Shown here: positions 37,793 through 49,092 of the stretch, piece after piece | Numbering within the stretch: the stretch's first letter is position 1 | How the letters are laid out: the number at the start of each line of letters is the position of its first letter | Source: Octopus vulgaris | Lineage: Eukaryota | Reading direction: 5' to 3' | DNA: 64,000 nt | Assembly (NCBI GenBank): GCA_951406725.2 | Contig: OX597831.1 | Span: 25,854,001 to 25,918,000 of the forward strand | Made by a program: the position numbers and the translations under genes | Notes under the pieces: generated by a model | What the model was told of the DNA's origin: nothing | What the model saw: only the letters and a program-made list of their open reading frames with translations | The model's database searches: none

Positions 37793-38244
37793 TTAAGCTA
37801 CTAAACCTACTATGAAATCTTCACTCAAATGTCATTATTCATCAATCTTGAGGACATAAAATTATTATGTGTATTCCCCTCCTCCATACATAATTTAAAT
37901 AAACAACTTGCTTTAAAACTGACTGATTTGTTTCAAAGAAATAATAATTGTTGATTATATGTTTACTTTTAAATAATTATGAAAAAATAATGACACTGAA
38001 AACATGAAACAAGCATAATTATCTGTAATCATCATAACATGAAAATGTTTGTATAAGAATATTGAACCGCAAATTTCTATGCTAATTTATAATAATGATG
38101 AGTATGTTGTATATAACATAGAAAATAACAGCTGTAGTTTTTTTCTGTATTACCTCTGCAAAAATGTTTAATTCTAAAATAGTTTCTTTACAATATCTTA
38201 GCGAGAAAAAAATGGTGTTCCTTGCAAGTTGCTTTTAGAGTTAA

Positions 38245-38627
38245 CTAGCAGTATCGCCCGGCGTTGCTCAGGTTTGTAAGGGAAATAACTATAAAGCATT
38301 TTTAGAGAGTTATAGCCAAAAAATAGCAAAAAAAATGGAAAAAAATGATGGTAAATTTTTTTTTAGTTAAAAAAGGTGGAGTTGCGTCCCCTAGACAGTT
38401 TGCGGTTTGTGTTTCTGATTCTCGACCCCATGTCGAATATATCGATATTTTTCAGAACTGGGGGAACTTTTCAAAATTTTCGCTGCATTAGTTTTGAATT
38501 ATGACATTGGGCTATGTGTGTGTCAAGTTTCATCAGAATCGGTTGAAAGCCGTGGTCAGGGTGAGGGTACAAGCAAACAGACACACAGAAACATGCACAG
38601 ACAAACTGCCGTTTATATAGAGAGAGA
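38245..38627 (-). mobile_element. Non-autonomous Helitron
   Basis: Minus strand starts TC (TCTCTCTCTATATAAACGG) and ends CTAG, with a GC-rich subterminal hairpin CCTGAGCAACGCCGGG. Inserted between A and T with no TSD. Confidence 0.85.
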
Positions 38628-39302
38628 TTGTATCTGAAAATTGTGGTCTACATTACAGACATATCTAAAAAATTTATGTATCACTTGTATATTTACAACT
38701 TGTCTCTGTGTAACATTGTGGAATCTCAGAATGATAAAAATTTTCTAATTTTTTTCATTATACATCTGCTTGTGAAATTGTATATTAAAACTGTTTGTTT
38801 TTTGTGTATCTGAAAGAGAGATGTGAGAGAAGATAAGAGAGAGGAGATAGACACACACAGAGTTTTGTGTGTGTGTGCGTGTACATTTTTATCAAATGTT
38901 TCCACTGTAGTTAAGTGATTAAGAGACACTAATATCAGAACGAATATGTTCATGATGTCTTATTTCATCATACATGCCACATTATTCCGCTGTAAAATAT
39001 AAAAACAGATGTTTTCATGAAAATAACTAAATTTATGTCAAATAATATTTAAATTGTCTAAAATTCTGAATTGCTGGCAAAATTAATTCATCTGCGTATC
39101 CAGCTGTAAATTTCTGTTGTCATCATCATCATCAGTTTTAATTAATCTCTTTCTGAATTTTGAAATTGGTTAGCTGACTTTACTCTTAACACATCATACT
39201 AACTATATAAATATTTGGAAACATTTTAATGCCCATTTCCGTCTTATGAGTAGATGCCATCGCTAACTCCAGCTGAAAACTAAAAGAAAGAAACTTGAAA
39301 TA

Positions 39303-39830
39303 TTAGGTTGTCCGGAAAGTTCGTGCCTTTCAACTTATTTTAGAACATAAAATAGGATTTGACTACACCTCCATTTAGAGCACAGTTTAAGCTAATTTTT
39401 TTGTGGAAGAAGGTTTATGTTCCTATAACCTGTGTTAATTCTGTAACCCTTTAAAATGAAAGATAAGAAAGTTAATTTTCGGCACTTGATGCTTTGGGAA
39501 CCAGACAAAAATTGCTGCAGCTTGGCTGGGATGTGTTACCCCACCCTCCATATTCACCAGATATTGCTCCTTCGGATTTCAGGTCTCTGCAGAATAGTCT
39601 TAATGGTAAAAATTTCAATTCCTTGGATAATGTAAAAAGATACCTTGATGAATTCTTTGCCATGAAACCACCTCAATTCTGGGAAGAGGGTATTATCAAG
39701 TTGAAGGAAAGATGGAGATGCATTGTGCAACAAAATGATTTATATTTGGTTGATTAAAAATGTAATGGCAAGTATTTATCTACCTTTTTCTTTCCTTTAG
39801 AAATCGGCACGAACTTTCCGAACAACCCAA
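39303..39830 (+). mobile_element. Internally deleted mariner, same family as 5963-6501
   Basis: TA flanks and the same TIRs; ORF 39494-39757 reads LGWDVLPHPPYSPDIAPSDF...KLKERWRCIVQQN. Confidence 0.93.
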
Positions 39831-40327
39831 TATTTTAGTTATTTAGTGTTAAAAATGTGAAAATACAAAATATTTTTTTACATTTGGTATTTTCATTCAA
39901 TTTAAATTACTTTCATATTTATCCATTCACCTGAAGATAAAACTAATTACAAAATCTTATCTTGAAACCAGTGAAAATTCCAACACCTTTAAATCCATTT
40001 TTACTTACAGAAATTCTTTTTCTCTCAATTTTTCTGTTTTGTACATTAATGTGATGTAGCTGTATTAGCTTTCTGCTAAAAACGGGTGTGAAAGAATTTG
40101 ATCTCAGTACTCCAATAATTACATTATCTTGTTCTCTTATTTTGTCTCCTTTCTCATCTTTCTCTCTATTCTTACCTGCAATACTGAGATGTTTTTATGT
40201 ATTAAAAAGAATTTAGTGCCTGTGATGTGATTTAAACTTAGCGATCTCCAACTAAGAGTCTAACATCCACAGTAGCTACCCTTCTTTATACAGGTGAAAT
40301 TATATTACTTGAATAGATTAGCTTTAA

Positions 40328-40542
40328 CACTTTGGCAGTTGAACAGGCCATATCCGATCCAAATATTTGATCTGTTTTATATTCAAACTGGCCAGTTGCA
40401 ACTTTTCACACATGTACTACAATATTTTTATAAAAATAAACAATGATTTCATCAAAATCTCAAAGCTATGAGATAATGCATTATTAATTCAAAACAATGT
40501 GAATAAATAAGCATTACATTTGACAACCTGAACGCTAATGGG
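40328..40542. mobile_element. piggyBac-type MITE (same family as 3538)
   Basis: TTAA on both flanks; shared CATCAAAATCTCAAAGCTA.GAGATAATGCAT. Confidence 0.85.
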
Positions 40543-40611
40543 TTAAGTGATATGTGTGAATGTATATACATATATATATTTACATACATATACTTATATA
40601 TATAAATATGT

Positions 40612-40830
40612 GTGTGTATGTATGCCAGAAGGTTTGCAAATCTAACAGAGGCCTCAAAAGACATTTTAAGATCCACAAAGATCAGAGCTTAACTGCAGCT
40701 CTTGGTGGTCCAAATTGGAAATGCAGTCTATGTGGGTGTCTGGTTTAAAAAGCCACATCAGATGCCATGATGGTTCTAAGGTGGAGGAACAGGAGGTGCT
40801 CAAACTTTGCATAAGGAGTAGACAACCACC
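40612..40830 (+). pseudogene. C2H2 zinc-finger-coding fragment, probably the 3' end of a LINE ORF
   Basis: CVYVCQKVCKSNRGLKRHFKIH followed by a broken second CSLC finger; flanked by TA/TG tracts; no splice signals seen. Confidence 0.55.
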
Positions 40831-41155
40831 ATATATATATATTTAACACTTCTGAGATTGTTTCAGCTAGTATAAGGATATCTGTTGTAAATACTAGGTT
40901 GTGTTTCATATGTTATTTGCAAGACAAGAACATGTTCAAGTTTAAACGTTTTTCAAGATTTTTCATATTTCCATATTTGTCCTTTATATACAATTTGTTC
41001 CAGTAAAATTTTTAAATCCAAGAGGCTGACATTTTAAAACTGTGGCCTCATTTTCTCAATATATATTCATTTTTAAGTCACTTAGAAATAATTTGATTCA
41101 AATGAAAATTTTTGCTTTAAATTAATATATAATAATATATTAGATTTTTTAAAAT

Positions 41156-41330
41156 GTGGCAAGCTGGCGGAATTGTTAGCATGCTGGACGAAGTGCTCAG
41201 CATTCTGAGTTCCTATTCTGTAATGGTTGACTTTTCAGGTTTAATAAAATAGTTAACAGTTGATCACTGGAGTCAATGTAAGTGATTAGCTTCTCCACTA
41301 AAACTGCTGCTGGCCTTGTGCCAAAATTTT
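41156..41330 (+). mobile_element. Degraded family B SINE
   Basis: GGCAAGCTGGCGGAATTGTTAGC...CTGAGTTCC...GGCCTTGTGCCAAAATTT. Confidence 0.75.
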
Positions 41331-42904
41331 CCTACACCTTAGAACCATCATGGCATCTGATGTGGCTTTTTAAACCAGTGTATTAAATTAAGTTAACTTG
41401 TTGGTAGTAATCTTAGAGGTTTTAAAATAAATAAATATCCCTTTACATTTTGAATATTCATTTTAATGAGGTCAATATAACTTTTTGCCTGTTGGTTGTC
41501 AATGACATTAGTAGAAGTTCTGGAAATCAGTTGCTCCAATCTACTCTGGCTACTACATTTGCTTTTAGTTTTATTTGCCAGTATGAGAAATTAGTATAGA
41601 TTCAAGTTTATTTTTGATCTTGACATTTCATTAGTTTTGTACAGATCTATAAATTGGCATTATGTATGTATTTATTCTTAGATTGAAGGATTTATGAGTG
41701 AATGCTATCTCACTATCAACCATGCTATCAAAAACCAGATCTGGTGTCTCGTTACATACAGTGAAACAAAATACTGATCAAGAACTCAATAAAAAAAACT
41801 ACAGTCTAGTTTGAATCATGATCTAATTACCCATGGCCCTTACTACTTTAACCAGTCATCCGGTGTGCCATAAATCTAATGAAATCTATTTTAGTCATTA
41901 TGTCTTCTTTTGCATTGTTTTGAATTTTCATTATAATTCTTAGTATGGTTCCTAGTTGTACTATGAACAATGCATTCTAGTTTTGTTTGTTTGCTTCAGA
42001 AGAAACAAAAAAATAGGCATTATGACACCAAATAAAACCACTTGGTATTAAAATGGATGGATAAACTTTGTGTGCATCCATCAAGCATAATTCTTTTCAT
42101 CCTTTTACATAACTGCATCATCTTGATTAGTCAAATATTTGCTCAACAAGAAGCATTTTTGCTCACTTTTGAATAGATGATATTAATTAGTCTTGTTCAT
42201 TGCAAAATTTCTGCAGATGTAGCAATCCACTAATGATTATAATTTTGTTACTTTACTTTGATATGAATAGTAAAATAGTAGTTACACTGTGCAGTGACTA
42301 CGAAAAATAGAAGTTTCACATTGAGGAATTTAGTTTTATAGAAGCAATGAATGAAAAACAAACGGCTAAGAGATGCAATATTTCATAGATTGATAATAAA
42401 TTATTGTTTCTTGTATTAAACTGAGTTGCATTCTAAGCTTTGCAGAAAATAATGTGAATTGGCTGCCTTTTAAGCTCTTGTTAAAAATAGGGTTTATAAT
42501 ACATGTTTAGCTATGAGTGGTAGAAAACAGTTATTTTTAGCTTTGTGGAAGTTGTCGTTTCCAGACCAATGTGTTGAAATCTGTTGTATTAATTCATTGA
42601 GGTGTTAATATGGGACTAAAGATTCAAGTTGTGTATTGATATGAGATATATCTGCTATTAAATCTTATTCAGCTAACCAAAATTAAACACACTCCTTGAT
42701 TTATTGAATTTCAATATCTTTACTATTCACCCATGCTTACATAATGTGCATTTAGATGTTTCTCCAATGCATGCACATCCACTTGGATTTACTTCCTGCT
42801 ATTGCACATGCATTGATATGAAAACTTCTGCATGTAATCCACATGCAAAGGCTGCAATGTTTTTCTGAAATTGTAAATATTTTTCATTATAAATGCAGCA
42901 TATA

Positions 42905-43128
42905 CGAGGGATTGCTGAAAAGTTCTTGGCTTTAAGAGTATCATGAAAGGCCTGGCTGGAGGCCCAACCTTCCAGTTTCTTTTACAGGGTTTAGAAAAAC
43001 TGAAGGACAACTGCAATATGTATATGAATCTGAAAGGGGAATATGGTGAATAACATCATGATTAACCAATCCTCCTATATCTTTTTTTTTTTTTTACCCA
43101 AAACCAGGAACTTTCCAGCACTCCTTCA
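42905..43128 (+). mobile_element. Mariner-derived MITE (same family as 25092)
   Basis: TA flanks; TIRs CGAGGGATTGCTGAAAAGTTC / GAACTTTCCAGCACTCCTTCA; collinear interior. Confidence 0.87.
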
Positions 43129-43205
43129 TATAGAGTGATTCAGTTGGAACAGTTGATATCAAATTAAGATTGGGTTTCAATTCTACAAGGTGATATCACA
43201 CACAT

Positions 43206-43590
43206 GGAGGCGCAATGGCCCAGTGGTTAGGGCAGCGGACTCGCGGTCATAGGATCGCGGTTTCGATTCCCAGACCGAGCATTGTGAGTGTTTATTGAGC
43301 GAAAACACCTAAAGCCTCACGAGGCTCCGGCAGGGGATGGTGGTGATCCCTGCAGTACTCTTTCACCACAACTTTCTCTCACTCCTACTTCCTGTTTCTG
43401 TTGTACCTGTATTTCAAAGGGCCAGCCTTGTCACTCTCTGTGTCACGCTGAATATCCCCGAGAACTACATTAAGGGTACACATGTCTTTGGAGTGCTCAG
43501 CCACTTACACGTTAATTTCATGAGCAGGCTGTTCCATTGATTCGGATCAACCGGAACCCTCGTCGTCGTAACCGACGGAGTGCTTCCATC
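43206..43590 (+). mobile_element. Family C SINE: head 2 + tail 1
   Basis: A box TGGCCCAGTGG and B box GTTTCGATTCCC. The head and middle are shared with 45741; the tail from about 43400 is shared with 1886-2209. Confidence 0.9.
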
Positions 43591-43592
43591 CA

Positions 43593-43627
<35 letters not shown>

Positions 43628-44422
43628 TACATTCATTACCCTTGACCCTGTTGACAATATAATCATTTCATCAGACTTGAAATATCAACTGAAACTTTTA
43701 ACCCCTTTGCGCATGACAGCATCACTATAAGTTTGGAGTTTTATTATTCATTCTTAGAAGTGTGGAGGTGGCAGACAGTCCAGTAAGTAATGGAATAATA
43801 TGGCTGTTTGCCTCTGATGGATGAGGCTGTCAATCCTGAAGTTGAAGCAGTTAGTTGGTATTTGAGCTGAATTGATAAAAGTGAATGTTTGCAACTGAAA
43901 ATTTTGGAAGAGAAGGTTTCAGTTTTGGGAAGAAGAAACTGGAATGGGACAAAGAATTTAGTTCTGAGTGTGTGTTCAAAGAACAGCAGAAAACTGGATG
44001 CATTTCGAAAATTTGGAAAGAATTAACACATAATTCAATTGTTCAGAGAAGCAGCTTTCATAAAAGAATCATAGACAGATCAATAATCACTAAGTTACCA
44101 TCATCATTAGTTTTAAAGTTTGGTTTACCTGTTGGTTCTCCCAATAGGATTTGAAATCATACACCATAGACTGATAGTGTTATACGTTTACTGTGCTGCA
44201 ATTTATTTCACCTCTGTACAAAAACTAATGTTTTCATTCACTGAGGATTATATGTATGTTTTCCTCTGATTCATGACTCTATTATTTCTATTATTTACAG
44301 AAAAAAGTAGTGATTAATGTTGGATTTTCAAGTGAAATATTACATTTTAAAGTGTTGATTATTATTGATCTGTTAAGGCAACTATGTTTGAGATTACAGC
44401 TACATACAAACACACACACACA

Positions 44423-44476
<54 letters not shown>

Positions 44477-44593
44477 ATGTGTGTATATATATATATATGT
44501 ATATGTGTGTGTGTGTGTGTGTATATATACATATATGTATATATATATATATATACATATATGTGTATATATATATATGCATGTATGTATGTA

Positions 44594-44663
<70 letters not shown>

Positions 44664-44665
44664 AT
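44423..44665. repeat. (TA)n/(TG)n compound microsatellite
   Basis: Direct reading. Confidence 0.95.
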
Positions 44666-45560
44666 AAGTAATTTAAAACATCTCTAATTTTATTGCAGTA
44701 TTGAACTGTATTGTATTTCAAGCTTTGCATAAAATGATGCAAATTGGCAGCTCTCTAAACTTTATTTAGAAGTCAATATAAATCTTTAACTATGAGCAAT
44801 AGCAAAACTACCTAATTTTCGATTTTGTGGCAGTTGCCAATTACAGATCAGTAAACTGAAACCTAATCTATTAATTATTTATACATTAATAATTATTAAT
44901 AGCATTATTGGGGTGCATACCTTTGACTCCTGACCCCCTGACCCCTAGTCTTTATTTCCTTCAGTATCAATGTTCTCTAGTCCTTATGGAACTCTTATTT
45001 AAATACATAAAAATTATTCAGTATATTTCTGAGTCACTTATTCGTCTTTTCTCCCCTACCAAAAATAAAATAATAATAATAAATATAACGAATGGGAATA
45101 TGTGTCAACTAAAAGTGTCTTTTGTCAACTAAAAGTGTCTTGTTTTTCAACCTCTTAAATAGACAACATTTGTTTATAAATATTATCACAACTGTATATA
45201 TATTTCATGTTAAGATGATGTCAAGAATTATGTACTATAATTCCTGTAACCCCTATTCTAACTCTACCTCAGAGTCATCTTGATTCGACAGAGGATAAAG
45301 ATGCCTCGTACACAATAAGTTCCTTAAACACATTGTTTACTGTGGATGTTTGTCTGACGCCTTCAACAACATTCATCAAAATAGAAATTTTAAGGCTCAT
45401 TAAATACAGTTGTCTTGAAAGCAACATTTAATCCCCCCAACTTTAATTTAATTCACTGACACATCACTTTCAGTTTAACCAGAAGGTTTTATTATTGTAA
45501 AACTACCATTTTTAATCTACTATTAAAAAAATACCTTCAAAATCAAGTGTTATAACAGAT

Positions 45561-46253
45561 AAGTGCAGGCATGACTGTGGTAAGAAGCTTACTTCTCAAC
45601 CACATGGATCTGGGTTCAGTTCCTCTGCATGGTGCCTTGGGCAAGTGATTTCTACGATAGCCTCAAGGTGACCAAAAGCCTTGTCATTGGATTTGATAAC
45701 TGGAAGCTGAAAGAAGCCATTGTGTATATGTGTGAGTGTGTGGAGGTGCAGTAGCCCAGTGGTTAGGGCAGCAGACTCGCGGTCAGAGGATCGCAGTTTC
45801 GATTTCCAGACCGGGTGTTGTGTGTGTTTATTGAGCGAAAACACCTAAAAGCTCCACGAGGCTCTGGCAGGGGGTGGTGGCGACCCCTGTTGTACTCTTT
45901 CACTACAACTTTCTCTCACTCTCTCTTTCTGTTTCTTGAGTAACACTGTGATGAACTGCTGTCCCGTCCAGCGGTGGGAGAACACATATGTCACAGAAAC
46001 CAGGAAACCAGGCCCATGAGCCTGGCTAGGCTTGAAAAGGGTGACGTTTGTCATTGTGTGTGTCTTTGTGTCTCTGTTTGTTCTTCACAGCCACTTGACA
46101 ACCGGTGTCAGTGTATTTATGTCCCCATAAGGTAGAGCTTCAGCAAAAGAGATTGACAGAATAAGTATCAAGCTTAAAAAAGATAAGTACTGTAGTCTGT
46201 AGTCAATTCATTAGACTAAGAATTCTTCAACAAGTAAAAGAAAGATAAAAAGA
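45561..46253 (+). mobile_element. Older family A SINE split by a nested SINE
   Basis: Family A head at 45561-45740 and tail at 46055-46253 flank an unrelated SINE sitting in the TG tract. Confidence 0.85.
45741..46053 (+). mobile_element. Family C SINE: head 2 + tail 2 (OR2-like tail), nested
   Basis: First 190 bp or so are collinear with 43206, then GAGTAACACTGTGATGAACTG..GTCCCGTCCAG..GAAACCAGGCCCATGAGCCTGGCTAGGCTT. Confidence 0.88.
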
Positions 46254-46498
46254 CACCTTAAAACAGACTATTAAACAACTAATGCATATTGTAAGCACAT
46301 TATATACATAATGGCAAAATATTGTTGAAAATGTGAGAAGTGAAGATTTCAATTGTTTGGAGAATATTGGGATTAAGGAACATCAAGCAGACACCATACT
46401 GTGAGGTTCCAGATTCCGGTTATATTTATTTTTTATTTATTTAGTTTCAGCTCACAAGCTGTGGCCATGCTGGGGCACCGCCATTTAAAAAAAAGGCG

Positions 46499-46547
46499 TT
46501 CCCATGCCGGGAATCGAACCCGGACCGCCTGGGTGAAAGCTAGGAAT
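46499..46547 (-). pseudogene. 5'-truncated tRNA-Glu(TTC) gene fragment
   Basis: Minus strand ATTCCTAGCT-TTC-ACCCAGGCGGTCCGGGTTCGATTCCCGGCATGGGAA supplies the anticodon arm, T arm and 3' acceptor strand of tRNA-Glu. The D arm and 5' strand are absent; a CGCC trailer and T8 follow. Confidence 0.85.
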
Positions 46548-46813
46548 ATATATGAATATGAGATATAACTCTCATTCCGTTAACCAAAATTAAACTTGCT
46601 CATTGTATTATTGAATTTCAATATCCTCGATGTTCAGTCATGCTTACATATTGTACATTTAAAGGTTCTACGAATGCTTATATAACCACTTGCATTTAGT
46701 TTCTGCTATTGTAAATTTGTCTAATGAGGCAGCACTGGAATACAGGGTTTTGATTGAAGACTTCACTTTTATAGTGTGTATCAAACACAAATCAACTCTC
46801 TCTCTCTCTCGCT

Positions 46814-46860
<47 letters not shown>

Positions 46861-47084
46861 ACTCACTCTATGAGAGAGAGTAATAATACTTGAGTAATAA
46901 TAATTGTCAGATATGTATCCTCAGTTTTTATGTCAAAGCATTTTGTAAGAAAAAAAAGGGGCCTCCAGTATATCTTCAACAGCCTGAATTTGTAAAACTG
47001 AAATATAGTTGGTTCATGCTGAAATTTCAATAAGAAGGAATTTTTAAAGTCTCTTCATTCCAGATATATTGTCTTTGTCTTTTG

Positions 47085-47306
47085 TCTTTTACTTGTTTCA
47101 GTCATTTGACTGTGGCCATACTGGAGCACCGCCTTTAGTCGAGCAAATCGACCCCGGGACTTATTCTTTTGTAAGCCCAGTAGTACTTATTCTATCGGTC
47201 TCTTTTGCCGAACCGCTAAGCGACGGGGACGTAAACACACCAGCATCGGTTGTCAAGAAATGCTAGGGGGACAAACACAGATACACAAACATATACACAC
47301 ACATAC

Positions 47307-47345
<39 letters not shown>

Positions 47346-47510
47346 TACGACAGGCTTCTTTCAGTTTCCGTCTACCAAATCCACTCACAAGGCTTTGGGT
47401 GGCCCGAGGCTATAGCAGAAGACACTTGCCCAAGGTGCCACGCAGTGAGACGGAACCCGGAACCATGTGGCTGGTTAGCAAGCTACTTACCACACAGCCA
47501 CTCCTGCGCA
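47085..47510 (-). mobile_element. Family A SINE, young CpG-rich copy
   Basis: Full-length reverse complement of family A. Confidence 0.93.
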
Positions 47511-47742
47511 TATTGGTAAAAAATCATAATACATATTATACAAAGTATTTTATTTCATTACGTAATTTGGACAGATTTGATCAAATTTAAATTTACAAAA
47601 GTTGTTTGTTTGTGAGCAACAGCAACAAATTCGAAAATGTTTAGATCATCATTTTCTGGCTTTAACTGTTTATCAATATAACAATATTTCGTTTCTTGAT
47701 TTACCGAATCCTATTATCCTTAAGAATGCAAAAACCAAAAAA

Positions 47743-47744
47743 TG

Positions 47745-47796
<52 letters not shown>

Positions 47797-47813
47797 TGAT
47801 GATAATAATAATA
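47743..47813. repeat. (TAA)n microsatellite
   Basis: Direct reading. Confidence 0.95.
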
Positions 47814-48426
47814 AATACAGTTCTTTGCTTAAAGAATTATTAGGTTTAAAGTTGAGATTAGACATTAAGATTTGACATAGGTCATAGATAGATTACACAA
47901 TATTAAAAGTTTTGGTTTCCTGCGAACAATATTCCTACATCAAAATTCAAAAAGACAAGTGACATCAACTATAGATTTTCTATAGCTATCGATGATAGTC
48001 TGAATGGTTCGAAATATTTTCTGTTCTATATTGATAAAAATACAGATGGATTTTAAGTAAAAACCAAAAATAAAATAATAATAATAATAATAATAAATAT
48101 AACGAATGGGAATATGTGTCAACTAAAAGTGTCTTTTGTTTGTCATAAATATTTGGTTTCTGTCTCCAGAATAGATATTGAAAAATGTGGAAAATATAGC
48201 AGATGCATAAAGTTCTTAGTGCAACTCCACCAAATTCTTTAAATACAATTTAGCAATATGAGAATAGAATGGTCAAGATAGAACACAATACTTTATAAGT
48301 TAACTAAGGAAGGTTTTTCTCAAGCCTTGTGTCTTATTGATATCGTTACTAGCAATTCATCTCAGTGACTGTATTCAGTTGCCTTATTTAAAATTTCAGG
48401 GTCCTTATCTTTTATATATATTTTTT

Positions 48427-49092
<666 letters not shown>

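Noticed and set aside
39494-39757. 87-aa mariner ORF as a functional or domesticated transposase
   Set aside because: Only the C-terminal part remains; the DNA-binding domain and the first two catalytic aspartates are deleted.
43206-43280. tRNA-like heads (also 2140-2209 and 45741-45815) as real tRNA genes
   Set aside because: They have A and B boxes but no complete cloverleaf or terminator, and they continue into SINE bodies.
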